Assembly (NCBI GenBank): GCA_035548835.1
Contig: DASZSB010000155.1
Coordinates: forward strand, 20,929 to 84,928
Origin: Gammaproteobacteria bacterium
GTDB lineage: Bacteria; Pseudomonadota; Gammaproteobacteria; Steroidobacterales; Rariloculaceae
Length of the DNA: 64,000 bases
Direction: 5' to 3'
The number at the start of each line of letters is the position of its first letter. The first letter of the stretch is position 1. The notes under the pieces were generated by a model, which was given only the letters and a program-made list of their open reading frames with translations, was not told the origin of the DNA and ran no database searches. Positions 10,185-20,528 of the stretch are shown piece after piece. The position numbers were made by a program, and so were the translations under genes.

Positions 10185-12026
10185 CTAAGCCGGTTGCTGC
10201 CGGTCGAGCGTGTTCCTGCCGAGTGGCGCGGAGGGCTTCCGCAACTTCAGTTTCTTCATGCGATCGGCGAGGGTCGTGGGCTTCACCCCAAGCAGCTTCG
10301 CGGCGCCGTTCGGACCGGACACGCGCCACTCGGAGCGCTCGAGCGCCAGCAGCGTGTTCCTGCGCTCAAGCTCCAGCAGCTCCGCTTCGGTCATGAGCCG
10401 TACGACGCCTTCCGGCGCATTCGGCGCGTCGGCCGCCACGGGGTTCAGGATGTCGCTCATCGCGAGATCGAGCCGCAACACCTTGCCCCGTGACAGGATG
10501 ACGGCGCGCTCGATGACGTTCTTGAGCTCACGAATATTGCCGGGCCAGTCGTAGCGTTTCAGCAGAGCGGCCTGCTGCTTCGACAGCGTCAGCGGTCGAT
10601 GGCCGAACTCCTGACAGGTGCGCTCGAGGAAATGGCTCGCAATCTGCAGCACGTCGTCGCCGCGCTCGCGAAGCGGCGGAACCTCGATCGGGAACACGCT
10701 CAACCGATAGAAAAGATCCTCGCGAAACTTGCCCTCGGCAACCGCCTGCTCCAGGTCGCGATTCGTGGCCGCAATCACGCGGACGTCAACGGAGTGCGTG
10801 CGGTCGTCACCGACTCGCTCGTACTCGCTCTCCTGCAGGACGCGCAGCAGCTTGCTCTGCAGATCGAGCGGAATTTCACCTACCTCGTCGAGGAAGATAG
10901 TGCCGCCGTCCGCGAGCTCGAAGCGCCCCACACGATCCCGGTGAGCGCCCGTGAAGGCACCCTTGACGTGACCGAAGAATTCGCTCTCGAACAGCTCGTG
11001 CGGGATCGAGGCGCAATTGACCTTCACGAGCGGCCCTTGACTGCGAGGGCTGCGAGCGTGAATGACGTGGGCCACGAGCTCTTTGCCGACGCCGGATTCG
11101 CCTTGGATCAGAACGCTGGCGGACGTCTGCGCGACGGCTTCGATGCGGGCCAGCATCTTCTTCAGGGGCGGACTCTCGCCGATGATGCGACCGTAGTTCA
11201 TCGACACCTGAACTTCCTCGCGCAGGTAATCGCGCTCGCGCTCGAGCTCTGCGCGCAGACGCGCGTTCTCCTCGAACGCCGCGCGCAGCTGGCGCTCTGC
11301 GCGATTGCGCTCAGTGACGTCCGTGGACGCGACCAGCAAAGCGACGACGGCGCCGCTCGGATCCCGATCCGCAGTCGCGGAGACGACGACCTCGAGCACC
11401 TCGCCGGATTTCGCGACGTAGGAGCGGGGCACGTTCTCGAGCTCGCCGTGGGCAATGACGTCTTCGAGCTTGCCGCCGCCGAGCGTCAGCCTCGTCTCTG
11501 GCCCCATGAAGTCCATGATCGGGCGCCCCAGCACCTCTTCGCGTCGGTAACCGAGCGTTTGCAGCCAACGATCGCTGACGTGGATGATCCGGCCGTGACT
11601 GTCGACGGTGTGCAGCATCGCAGGCGTCGCGCGGTAGAGGCCGCGATAGTGCTGCTCCAGGCGCGCCTGCTGGCCAAGCTCCGTGTATACCGCGACCGTA
11701 CGCAGGTAAGCGCCCTCGTCGGTGCGATCCACGATCGCTGTCGCCAGGCAGTCGACGCGCTCGCCGCTGCGCGTGACGAGGTCCACCGGCACGCCCTGCA
11801 GGCGACCGGTGCGGCGCAGCATCGGCAGGTACTCCTCCGTGATGACCTTGGCCACCTCCTTGGTGGCAAGGTCCTGCGGGCGCATGTTCGTGATCTCTTC
11901 GCGGCCGTAGCCGAAGCGCCTGAGCCACGAATCGCTGGCGTCGACGAAGAAGCCTTCTTCGTTGAGCAGCACGATCAGCGCGGGGCTTCTACGGAACAAC
12001 CACTGGTAGCTGGCTTCGATCGACAT
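10185..12026 (-). CDS. PAS-PAS sigma54-dependent activator (FhlA/NtrC-type)
   Basis: Two PAS domains; [32 protein letters not shown]; Fis-type HTH. Confidence 0.93.
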   Translation of the reverse strand: MSIEASYQWLFRRSPALIVLLNEEGFFVDASDSWLRRFGYGREEITNMRPQDLATKEVAKVITEEYLPMLRRTGRLQGVPVDLVTRSGERVDCLATAIVDRTDEGAYLRTVAVYTELGQQARLEQHYRGLYRATPAMLHTVDSHGRIIHVSDRWLQTLGYRREEVLGRPIMDFMGPETRLTLGGGKLEDVIAHGELENVPRSYVAKSGEVLEVVVSATADRDPSGAVVALLVASTDVTERNRAERQLRAAFEENARLRAELERERDYLREEVQVSMNYGRIIGESPPLKKMLARIEAVAQTSASVLIQGESGVGKELVAHVIHARSPRSQGPLVKVNCASIPHELFESEFFGHVKGAFTGAHRDRVGRFELADGGTIFLDEVGEIPLDLQSKLLRVLQESEYERVGDDRTHSVDVRVIAATNRDLEQAVAEGKFREDLFYRLSVFPIEVPPLRERGDDVLQIASHFLERTCQEFGHRPLTLSKQQAALLKRYDWPGNIRELKNVIERAVILSRGKVLRLDLAMSDILNPVAADAPNAPEGVVRLMTEAELLELERRNTLLALERSEWRVSGPNGAAKLLGVKPTTLADRMKKLKLRKPSAPLGRNTLDRQQPA

Positions 12027-12037
12027 GGCGGAAGTTT

Positions 12038-12106
12038 ACGGATTTTCGTTGTACGGATCAACGAAATTCCGTTTATCACGGAAAATCGTTAGGCCGGAAA
12101 TCCCGT
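12038..12106. promoter_or_regulatory. Putative enhancer array: ACG-N6-CGT palindromes
   Basis: ACGGATTTTCGT 12038-49, ACGAAATTCCGT 12061-72, ACGGAAAATCGT 12078-89, degenerate CGGAAATCCCGT 12095-106. Confidence 0.65.
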
Positions 12107-12135
12107 AACCGTCTGTTTTTATTGGCATGCATAGT

Positions 12136-12151
12136 TGGCACGGTCCCTGCA
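12136..12151 (+). promoter_or_regulatory. Sigma54 -24/-12 promoter
   Basis: TGGCACGGTCCCTGCA with GG-N10-GC spacing, divergent from a sigma54 activator. Confidence 0.85.
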
Positions 12152-12221
12152 CTAAGGGGCTCGTAGGAGATCTCCAGGACGGAGATCGGCAAGCACCGAA
12201 AAATCGGTAAAGGACTTGAGT

Positions 12222-12497
12222 ATGGTTGCACGCAAACTGTCGATGTCGGCGCTCTTGGCCGTCGGACTGTCCGTGGGCCTGCTCGCGCAGAACGCGACGG
12301 CCACGGAGGCCAATCCGACGTTCAAGTCGCCGGTGCTCGTCGATGTTTCGGTCGATGGACAGATGTTCCGGACCGAGATCGACAACTACATCCGGGCGCT
12401 GAACAAGGAAATGCGAAGCACGCTCGATCAGGAGCTGCGTCGCGCGTTGGCGCCCAGGGTCGTACTCGCGAGCAACGAGCTTCGCGCTCGGGGTTGA
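12222..12497 (+). CDS. Small secreted hypothetical protein (91 aa)
   Basis: AAGGA RBS 7 nt before ATG 12222; Sec-type signal MVARKLSMSALLAVGLSVGLLAQNATA; downstream of the sigma54 promoter. Confidence 0.75.
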   Translation: MVARKLSMSALLAVGLSVGLLAQNATATEANPTFKSPVLVDVSVDGQMFRTEIDNYIRALNKEMRSTLDQELRRALAPRVVLASNELRARG

Positions 12498-12514
12498 GCG
12501 GCAAGAGAACGCGC

Positions 12515-12655
12515 GGCGTCACCACTACTCCCCCCGTGGTGGCGCCGTTGGCCGAATCGGACGGCCTTGCTAAGGGGACCGGGCTTCCGGTAGCGAACCA
12601 GGATAGGCTTCGCAACGAAGAATATGGACGTTCGCAGCCCGGTCCCTATTTTTTT
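12515..12655 (+). ncRNA. Structured 3' region / candidate sRNA ending in a U-tract
   Basis: Hairpin with C-rich loop 12515-46, hairpin 12550-66, long stem GGGACCGGGCT/AGCCCGGTCCC (12575-85/12636-46) followed by TATTTTTTT. Confidence 0.4.
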
Positions 12656-12695
12656 CCGGCTCCGTAGCCGCCTCGAGGACTCGAGGCCGGCCGCA

Positions 12696-13583
12696 CTACT
12701 GAGCGGAATCCGCCACCTTCAGGTTGTGCCGTAGGAACTCCAGCGTCTTGTTCCAGGCTTCATCGGCGAAGCGCTGGTCGTAGTTGTCGTTTCCCGGGAT
12801 CGCGAATCCGTGATTCGCTCCGATCGTAACCAGTATCTCGGCGTTCTTGCCGAGATCGTTCAGCGTGCTGCGGAAGGTTTGTACGTCGCGGACCGGGATA
12901 CTCTTGTCCTCCGAGCCGAAGAAGCCGAGCAGGGGCATCTTGAGCTTCGCGAGTTGATCCCGCTCGGCGAGCACCTGGCCGTAGTAGAGCACGGCCGCGT
13001 CGAGCTGATCGGGGTACAACAGTGCGGTCTGCAGTGACCACGCACCACCAAGATCCCAGCCGATGCTGCCGATGCGCGGCGCCAGCGCGTACTTCTCGAG
13101 ATAGTCATACGCCTGGCGTAGGTTCTTGCGCCCCACTTCCACGTCGCCCAGATGAGTGGTCATCAACTGCTGCGCCTTCTCCGGCGTCGTTGCAGTAGCG
13201 CCGTCGTAGAGATCCACGGCGAGCGCGACATACCCCTCCGCGGCCAGCCGGCGCGTGACGTTCTTGATCTGATCGTTCAGGCCCCACCACTCGTGGATCA
13301 CGATGAGGCCGGGCAGCGGCTCGGCGGCATCCCGCGGCATGGCCAGGAACCCGACGAGGTTGGTCTTCTGCCCCTCGCCGTAGGCTACGTCCTGCTCGAG
13401 CAGCGGCACGGCAGGCGCGGCGGCAACCGGCGCTGCGGCGGGCGGCGACTGCGGGACGCTGGCCGCCGGACTTGGAGTGGGCCCGGTCGGGGCCGGAGGG
13501 GTCGATGGCTGGCAAGCTGCCAGAAGGCCGGCGAGCAGGCCGGCGGCAACGCCGCGCAGAGCCACGTGGAGCCCGGTATTCAT
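12696..13583 (-). CDS. Dienelactone hydrolase-family protein (likely lipoprotein)
   Basis: LLAAC lipobox; IHEWWGLN, GSIGWDLGG, ANHGFA. Confidence 0.85.
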   Translation of the reverse strand: MNTGLHVALRGVAAGLLAGLLAACQPSTPPAPTGPTPSPAASVPQSPPAAAPVAAAPAVPLLEQDVAYGEGQKTNLVGFLAMPRDAAEPLPGLIVIHEWWGLNDQIKNVTRRLAAEGYVALAVDLYDGATATTPEKAQQLMTTHLGDVEVGRKNLRQAYDYLEKYALAPRIGSIGWDLGGAWSLQTALLYPDQLDAAVLYYGQVLAERDQLAKLKMPLLGFFGSEDKSIPVRDVQTFRSTLNDLGKNAEILVTIGANHGFAIPGNDNYDQRFADEAWNKTLEFLRHNLKVADSAQ

Positions 13584-13629
13584 AGGCAGAACTCCAGCAC
13601 AGCGGCCGTTCCGCTGACAAGGTAACGCG

Positions 13630-14970
13630 TCACGCGCGCGGCCGGAACTGAAGCGGGCGCGCCGCGCGCGGACCGCCGGCAGGCCTGCCGTCCCGGTAGA
13701 CGACGCTACCGTTCAGCACCGTCAGGAAGACGCTGGAGCCCAAGGTCGTGCCCTCCAGCGGCGACCAGCCGCACTTGTAGAGGACCTGCGCGCTGTCGAT
13801 ACGCGTCGGTGTCTTCAGATCCACCGCCACGAGGTCGGCGAAGTAGCCTTCGCGCACGTACCCCCGGTCGACGATGCCGAACAGCGTCGCCGGATTGTGC
13901 GCCGCCTTCTCGACGATCTTCGGCAGCGTGTAGAGCCCCTGGGCGTGCTGCTCGAGCAGCATCAACAGCGAGTGCTGGACCAGCGGCAAGCCCGAGGGCG
14001 CTTCGAAATAGCCTCGCGCCTTCTCCGCCAATGTGTGCGGCGCGTGGTCGGTGGCGATCACGTCGATGCGGTCGTTCACGACGCCCTGCTGGAGCGCTGC
14101 ACGGTCCGCAGCTGTCTTGATCGCGGGGTTGCACTTGATACGCGCACCGAGCGTGGCATAGCTCGACTGTTCGAACCACAGGTGATGCACGCAGACCTCG
14201 GCCGTGATGCGCTTGCCCGCGATCGGCCCCGCCTCGAACAGCTCGAGCTCGCGACCGGTGCTGAGATGCAGCACGTGCAGGCGCGTGCCGTGCTTCTTCG
14301 CGAGCCCAACCGCGAACGAGGACGAGAGATAGCAGGCCTCGGCGGAGCGAATCTCGGGATGTGCCTCGATCGGAACGGCATCGCCGTAGCGCTCGCGGAA
14401 GCGCTTTTCGTTCGCCCAGATCGTTGGCGAGTGCTCGCAGTGGGTCGCAATCGGCAGACGCGCGGCGGCGAAGATCCCCTCGAGCGTGACCGGGTCGTCG
14501 ACGAGCATGTTGCCCGTCGAAGCGCCCATGAACACCTTGATGCCCGCGGCCAGATCGGGTCCAACCTGCTTCAGCTCCTCGAGGTTCGTGTTCGTCGCCC
14601 CGAAGTAGAACCCGTAGTTCACGTGGCAGGTGTCCGCGGCGATACGATGCTTCTCGACCAGCGCCGCGCGATCGACGGTCGGCGGCTGCGTATTCGGCAT
14701 GTCGAGGAAACTCGTGACGCCGCCGGAGAGCGCAGCCAGCGACTCGGTGGCCAGCGTGGCCTTGTGAGTGAGCCCCGGCTCCCTGCAGTGGACCTGGTCG
14801 TCGATGATACCCGGCAACAGGTAGCGACCCGCGAGATCGATCACGGGAGTGCCCGCAGGCACCGAGCCGGGTCCGATGCGCTCGATACGCTCGCCACGCA
14901 CCAGGACATCCGCCGCGACGATGCGACCCTCGTTCACGATCTGTCCATTGACTAAAGACAATGCCGTCAT
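13630..14970 (-). CDS. pyrC: Dihydroorotase
   Basis: DDQVHCREPG, IKVFMGASTG, KCNPAIK, IATDHAPH. Confidence 0.9.
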   Translation of the reverse strand: MTALSLVNGQIVNEGRIVAADVLVRGERIERIGPGSVPAGTPVIDLAGRYLLPGIIDDQVHCREPGLTHKATLATESLAALSGGVTSFLDMPNTQPPTVDRAALVEKHRIAADTCHVNYGFYFGATNTNLEELKQVGPDLAAGIKVFMGASTGNMLVDDPVTLEGIFAAARLPIATHCEHSPTIWANEKRFRERYGDAVPIEAHPEIRSAEACYLSSSFAVGLAKKHGTRLHVLHLSTGRELELFEAGPIAGKRITAEVCVHHLWFEQSSYATLGARIKCNPAIKTAADRAALQQGVVNDRIDVIATDHAPHTLAEKARGYFEAPSGLPLVQHSLLMLLEQHAQGLYTLPKIVEKAAHNPATLFGIVDRGYVREGYFADLVAVDLKTPTRIDSAQVLYKCGWSPLEGTTLGSSVFLTVLNGSVVYRDGRPAGGPRAARPLQFRPRA

Positions 14971-14976
14971 TGCGTC

Positions 14977-15933
14977 CTAGCTCCTCGCCAAAAAACGGTC
15001 CGTGGCCCTGATCAGCTCGGCCGTGATGCCGGGCTCGTAGGCCGAATGCCCGGCGTCGACGACCACGCGAAAATCGGCCTCGGGCCAGCGTTGATGCAGC
15101 TTCCACGCGGTATCGATCGGACACACGACGTCGTAACGGCCGTGCACGATGATTCCAGGAATCCCGCGGATGGCGTCGACGCCGGTCAGCAGCTGGTTCT
15201 CGTCCGTGAAGAAGCCGCGATTGACGAAATAGTGAGCCTCGATTCGCGCGAGCGCCAGCGCGAATTGCGGCGCCCCGAACTGTGCCGCCCGTGCAGGGTT
15301 CGGCCACAGCGAGCTCGTCGCGCCTTCCCAGATGGACCAGGCGCGCGCCGCCGCGAGCTGCGCCTCCGGGTCACTGCCCGTCAGGCGCCGGTGATAAGCG
15401 GCAAGCAGATCGTGGCGTTCGTCGTGCGGGATCGGCGCCAGATATTCCTGCCACAGCTCGGGGAACACCATGCTGGCCCCGTGCTGGTAGAACCACTGCA
15501 GCTCGGCGCGCCGCAGCAGAAAGATGCCGCGCAGCACGAGCCCGGTCACGGCCGACGGGTGCGTCTCAGCATAGGCCAGCGCGAGCGTGCTGCCCCACGA
15601 CCCGCCGAACACGACCCACCGCTCGATGCCGAGATGCCGGCGCAGCCGTTCCATGTCGGCCACGAGATGCCAGGTCGTGTTCTCCACGAGCGAAGCGCGC
15701 GGTCGGCTTCGTCCCGCACCGCGCTGGTCGAACACCACGATCCGATAGCCGGCAGGATCGAAGAACCGCCGTGCGTTGGCATCGCCACCTGCTCCGGGTC
15801 CGCCGTGCACGAATACCGCCGGCTTGCCGCGGGGGTTGCCGCTTTGCTCGTAATAGAGCTCGTGGCCGTCGCCGACGCTGAGATAGCCCGTCTCGAAGGG
15901 CTCGATCGGAGGATAGAGTTCTTGCCTGCTCAT
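14977..15933 (-). CDS. pip: Proline iminopeptidase
   Basis: HGGPG, FDQRGAGRS, FGGSWGST, LRGIFL, GRYDVVCP, AGHS. Confidence 0.95.
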   Translation of the reverse strand: MSRQELYPPIEPFETGYLSVGDGHELYYEQSGNPRGKPAVFVHGGPGAGGDANARRFFDPAGYRIVVFDQRGAGRSRPRASLVENTTWHLVADMERLRRHLGIERWVVFGGSWGSTLALAYAETHPSAVTGLVLRGIFLLRRAELQWFYQHGASMVFPELWQEYLAPIPHDERHDLLAAYHRRLTGSDPEAQLAAARAWSIWEGATSSLWPNPARAAQFGAPQFALALARIEAHYFVNRGFFTDENQLLTGVDAIRGIPGIIVHGRYDVVCPIDTAWKLHQRWPEADFRVVVDAGHSAYEPGITAELIRATDRFLARS

Positions 15934-16030
15934 GGATTCTTGGCCTTCTGGCGGTTACTCCGCCGCCGCACGCCGCGCTTATACTCCAGCACGCCGTACG
16001 CACGGCGCACAACGCCGCCGAGGAACCTGC

Positions 16031-18763
16031 ATGGCCCGACTGCTCGCTCTTGCCTGCCTCGTGAGCTGTTTCGCCGCGCGCGCGCTGGCGCAGGATCCCG
16101 ACATCCCGTTCAGCGAGTTCCGCCTCGACAACGGGCTGCGCGTGATCGTGCACGAGGACCGGAAGGCTCCGATCGTCGCGGTCACCCTCTGGTACCACGT
16201 GGGCTCGAAGAACGAAGTCGCGGGCAAAACAGGCTTCGCGCACCTGTTCGAGCACCTGATGTTCAACGGCAGCGAGAACCACAACGACGAATACTTCCGG
16301 CCGCTGCAGGAAGTGGGTGCGACGAACGTCAATGGCACCACGGATTTCGACCGCACGAACTACTTCGAGACGGTGCCGACCTCGGCGCTCGATCTGGCGC
16401 TGTGGATGGAGTCGGACCGCATGGGCCACCTGCTCGGCGCCATCGACCAGAAGAAGCTCGACGAGCAGCGCGGCGTCGTGCAGAACGAGAAGCGCCAGGG
16501 CGACAACGCGCCGTACGGGAAGGCCTTCGGGACGATCATCACGAACCTGTTCCCGCCGGGTCACCCGTATTCGTGGGAAGTCGTCGGCTCGATGGAGGAC
16601 CTGAACGCCGCGAGCCTGGACGACGTCAAGAAGTGGTTCCAGACCTACTACGGCCCGAACAACGCCACGCTCGTGCTGGCGGGCGACATCGATGTCGCCA
16701 CTGCCAGGGAGAAGGTGCAGCGCTACTTCGGCGACATTCCGCCCGGACCGCCCCTGACCCGCCGCGAGCGCTCCATCCCGGCCAGCGTGCCGGCCACCCG
16801 CATGGTCATGCAGGACCGCGTGCCGGAAGCCCGGATCTACAAGGTCTGGCTCGGCCCCGAATGGATCAGTGACGACTCCACGTACCTGCAACTCGCCGAC
16901 TACGTGCTCACGAGCGGCAAGACGTCGCGGCTCTACCAGCGCCTGGTCTACAAGGACCAGATCGCCACGGACGCCGGCGCATTCGCGCTGAACAACGAGA
17001 TCGCCGGCGCGTACATCGTGTATGCCACCGCGGCCCCGGGCCAGGATCTGGCGAAGGTCGAGAAGGCTCTCGACGAGGAGCTCGCGCGCTTCCTGGCGCA
17101 GGGACCCACGCGGGCCGAGCTGGACCGTGCGAAGACCGAGATCCGCGCAGCATTCATCCGCGGCGTCGAGCAGGTGGGCGGCTTCCGGGGCAAGTCGAAC
17201 ATCCTCGCAGAGAACGCCGTCTACGGCGGCCGGCCCGATTTCTACAAGCACTCCCTCGAGCTGCTGCGCACCGCGACCCCGCAGCAGGTCGTCGGCACCG
17301 CCCGCAACTGGATCAAGGGCGCACCGCTGGTGCTCGAGGTGCAGCCCTTCTCGCGGCAGCTCAAAGCCGATGCGGGCGGCGCCGATCGAAAAACGCTGCC
17401 GATGCCGCAATCGTTCCCCGATGCGCCGTTCCCGGCGCTGAGCGAAGCCACGCTCGCGAACGGCATGCGCCTGATCGTGGCGGAGCGTCACGCCGTACCC
17501 GTCGTGCAATTCAGCCTGCAGCTGAACGCCGGCTATGCCGCCGATCAGTTCGCCGCGCCCGGCGTCGCGAACATGACGATGCAGATGCTCGACGAGGGCA
17601 CGACGAGCATGGACGCGCTGAAGATCGACGACGCGCTCGCACGCCTCGGCGCTGACCTGAACTCCGGCGCGAACCTCGACTTCTCGGTCGTGAGCCTGTC
17701 CGCGCTGAAGGAGAATCTCGATGCATCGCTCGCGATCTACGCGGACGTGATCCTGAATCCGTCGTTCACGCCGAGCGAGCTCGACCGCCTGAAGCGCCTG
17801 CAGCTCGCGGGCATCCAGCAGGAGAAGAACACGCCGACGTCGATGGCGCTGCGGGTCCTGCCGCGGCTGCTCTACGGCCAGGGGCACGCCTACGCGCTGC
17901 CGATGACGGGCTCCGGCACCGAGAAGTCCGTCGCCGCCATCACGCGCGACGACCTCGTGAAGTATCACTCCACGTGGTTCAAGCCGAACAACGCGACGCT
18001 GATCGTCGTGGGCGACACGACGCTCGCGGAGATCAAGCCGAAGCTCGAGGCGCTGTTCTCGCGCTGGCAGGGCGGCGACGTGCCGACGAAGAAGCTGCCG
18101 GACGTCGCCCTGCCCGACAAACCCCGTGTCTACCTGATCGACCGGCCGGGCTCCGAGCAGAGCATGATCATCGCGGGCGAACTGATCCCGGCCAAGAGCC
18201 AGGCCGACGAGATCGCGATCGACGCCATGAACGACATCCTGGGTGGCGCGTTCACGTCGCGCATCAACATGAACCTGCGGGAAGACAAGACCTGGTCCTA
18301 CGGCGCAGATACGACGATCGTCGACACGCAGGCGCAGCGGCCGTTCCTGGCGATCGCGCCGGTCCAGGCCGACAAGACGGCGCCCTCGATGCGCGAGATG
18401 AAGCGCGAGATCGACGACTTCCTGGCCTCACGCGCAGCCACGGATGCCGAGGTCGCCACGAGCAAGCGCCGCAGCACGCTGACGCTGCCCGGGCGCTGGG
18501 AGACCGCGCGCGCCGTGGCGCGCGACATCGCGGCCCTCGTTCGCTTCAAGCTGCCGGACACCTACTGGAACGACTATGCCGAGCTCGTGCAGAAGCTCAC
18601 GGTCGGCGAGGTCAACGCCGCCGCCAGGCGACTGCTGCGCCCCGACAACCTGACGTGGGTCGTCGTCGGCGACCGACGCGTCATGGAAGCGGAGGTTCGC
18701 GCGCTCGGTTTCGGCGACGTCACGATCGTCGACGCAGACGGCAATCCGCCGACCTCACCATGA
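16031..18763 (+). CDS. M16 zinc peptidase (secreted, four-domain)
   Basis: Signal peptide; GFAHLFEHLMFNGS (HxxEH); second half with NLREDKTWSYG. Confidence 0.92.
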   Translation: MARLLALACLVSCFAARALAQDPDIPFSEFRLDNGLRVIVHEDRKAPIVAVTLWYHVGSKNEVAGKTGFAHLFEHLMFNGSENHNDEYFRPLQEVGATNVNGTTDFDRTNYFETVPTSALDLALWMESDRMGHLLGAIDQKKLDEQRGVVQNEKRQGDNAPYGKAFGTIITNLFPPGHPYSWEVVGSMEDLNAASLDDVKKWFQTYYGPNNATLVLAGDIDVATAREKVQRYFGDIPPGPPLTRRERSIPASVPATRMVMQDRVPEARIYKVWLGPEWISDDSTYLQLADYVLTSGKTSRLYQRLVYKDQIATDAGAFALNNEIAGAYIVYATAAPGQDLAKVEKALDEELARFLAQGPTRAELDRAKTEIRAAFIRGVEQVGGFRGKSNILAENAVYGGRPDFYKHSLELLRTATPQQVVGTARNWIKGAPLVLEVQPFSRQLKADAGGADRKTLPMPQSFPDAPFPALSEATLANGMRLIVAERHAVPVVQFSLQLNAGYAADQFAAPGVANMTMQMLDEGTTSMDALKIDDALARLGADLNSGANLDFSVVSLSALKENLDASLAIYADVILNPSFTPSELDRLKRLQLAGIQQEKNTPTSMALRVLPRLLYGQGHAYALPMTGSGTEKSVAAITRDDLVKYHSTWFKPNNATLIVVGDTTLAEIKPKLEALFSRWQGGDVPTKKLPDVALPDKPRVYLIDRPGSEQSMIIAGELIPAKSQADEIAIDAMNDILGGAFTSRINMNLREDKTWSYGADTTIVDTQAQRPFLAIAPVQADKTAPSMREMKREIDDFLASRAATDAEVATSKRRSTLTLPGRWETARAVARDIAALVRFKLPDTYWNDYAELVQKLTVGEVNAAARRLLRPDNLTWVVVGDRRVMEAEVRALGFGDVTIVDADGNPPTSP

Positions 18764-18857
18764 CAAGTCTGTAACTTGAAAGGCTTTTCCCCTCTATGGA
18801 GAATACGTCGCCGCTCCGCGGCACCGTACGCTGTTTAGGTCGCCGCCGGGTTTCCAG

Positions 18858-19793
18858 ATGATCGACGTCCAGGGCCTCACCAAAGAATATGGTCGGCTCC
18901 GTGCCGTAGACGATTTGAGTTTCCGGGTCGAGCCGGGCCAGGTGCTCGGCTTCCTGGGCCCGAACGGCGCGGGCAAATCGACCACGATGCGCATCGTCGC
19001 CGGGTTCCTGCCGGCCACCGCCGGACGCGTGCTCGTGTGCGGCCACGACATCGAAACGGACGCCGTTGCGGCCAAGCGCCGGATCGGCTACCTGCCCGAA
19101 GGCGCGCCGAGCTACCCCGAGATGACGCCGCGCTCGTTCCTCGAATTCATCGCCGAGGCCCGCGGGATGCCCGTGGAGAGGCGGCGTCAACGCCTCGACG
19201 AGGTCTTCGCGCAGCTGCACCTCGAACGCGTGCTCGATCAGAGCATCGACACGCTGTCGAAGGGCTACCGGCGCCGCGTGGGCCTGGCCCAGGCCATCCT
19301 GCACGACCCGGAAGTGCTGATTCTCGACGAGCCCACCGACGGCCTCGACCCCAATCAGAAGCATGAGGTCCGCGAGCTGATCGGCCGCATGGCACGCGAC
19401 AAGATCATCGTCATCTCGACACACGTGCTCGAAGAGGTCGATGCCGTGTGCAATCGCGCGATCATCATCGCGCACGGCAAGATCCTGGCCGACGACACGC
19501 CGCGAGGCCTCGAATCGCGCTCGCGCTTCCACAATGCTGTGTCGGTGAAGCTGGCGAACTCGGAGCAGCTGCCTGCCGTGCGCCGCGCCATCAACGCGCT
19601 GACCGAGGTCGCGAGCACCGAGCTCGATGAGAAGAACCAGCGTCTCACGGCGTTCCCGGCCCCCGGCAAGCTGCCGCTCGCCGCGATCAACGCGCTGGCG
19701 GAGCAGGAGCGCTGGCCGCTGGCCGAGCTGCACCTCGAATCCGGGCGCCTGGACGAAGTATTCCGGTCGATCACCGGCGGAGCCACGGCATGA
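18858..19793 (+). CDS. ABC transporter ATP-binding protein (GldA-like)
   Basis: GPNGAGKST, LSKGYRRRVG, LILDEPTDGLDP. Confidence 0.92.
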   Translation: MIDVQGLTKEYGRLRAVDDLSFRVEPGQVLGFLGPNGAGKSTTMRIVAGFLPATAGRVLVCGHDIETDAVAAKRRIGYLPEGAPSYPEMTPRSFLEFIAEARGMPVERRRQRLDEVFAQLHLERVLDQSIDTLSKGYRRRVGLAQAILHDPEVLILDEPTDGLDPNQKHEVRELIGRMARDKIIVISTHVLEEVDAVCNRAIIIAHGKILADDTPRGLESRSRFHNAVSVKLANSEQLPAVRRAINALTEVASTELDEKNQRLTAFPAPGKLPLAAINALAEQERWPLAELHLESGRLDEVFRSITGGATA

Positions 19794-20524
19794 ACGGCGT
19801 CCTCGCAGTCATGAAGCGCGAGCTTCGGAGCTACTTCGCGACGCCGATCGCGTATGTCTTCATCGTGATCTTCCTGATGCTCGCGGGCGTCTTCACGTTC
19901 TACTTCGGCGGCTTCTACGAGGGCGGCCAGGCCGATCTGACGGCATTCTTCTACTGGCACCCGTGGCTGTACCTGTTCCTGGTGCCGGCGCTCTCGATGC
20001 GGCTCTGGGCCGAGGAGCGCAAGTCGGGCTCGATCGAGCTCCTGATGACACTGCCGATCGAGGTCTGGCAGATCGTCGTGGGCAAGTTCCTCGCCGCGTG
20101 GATCTTCACCGGCATCGCGCTCGCGCTGACGTTCCCGATCTGGATCACGGTGAACTACCTCGGCAGCCCCGACAACGGCGTGATCCTGGCCGCATACGTG
20201 GGCAGCTTTCTGATGGCCGGCGGCTTCCTCGCGGTCGGCGCCTGCATCTCGGCGACCACGAAGAACCAGGTCATCGCCTTCATCCTGTCGGTCGTGGCCT
20301 GCTTCCTGCTGCTGGCCGCGGGCGTCGAGTTCGTGCAGGACGTGTTCGCGGCGTGGGCACCGCAATGGCTCGTCGACGGGCTCTCGAGCCTGAGCTTCCA
20401 GACGCACTTCAGCTACATCAGCAAGGGCGTCATCGACGTGCGCGACATCGTTTACTTCGGGCTGCTGATCGGCGCCTGCCTGTACGCGAACGCCATCGTG
20501 TTGCAAATGAAGAAGGCGGACTGA
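19790..20524 (+). CDS. ABC-2 permease (GldF-like)
   Basis: RELRSYFATPIAY, MRLWAEERKSGSIELLMTLP, TKNQVIAF. Confidence 0.9.
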   Translation: MNGVLAVMKRELRSYFATPIAYVFIVIFLMLAGVFTFYFGGFYEGGQADLTAFFYWHPWLYLFLVPALSMRLWAEERKSGSIELLMTLPIEVWQIVVGKFLAAWIFTGIALALTFPIWITVNYLGSPDNGVILAAYVGSFLMAGGFLAVGACISATTKNQVIAFILSVVACFLLLAAGVEFVQDVFAAWAPQWLVDGLSSLSFQTHFSYISKGVIDVRDIVYFGLLIGACLYANAIVLQMKKAD

Positions 20525-20528
20525 GCCG

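Noticed and set aside
10185-12026. LOV photoreceptor
   Set aside because: No GxNCRFLQ motif in either PAS domain
12550-12635. CsrB/RsmZ-type sRNA
   Set aside because: Only three GGA motifs, one matching ANGGA; too few and mostly not in loops
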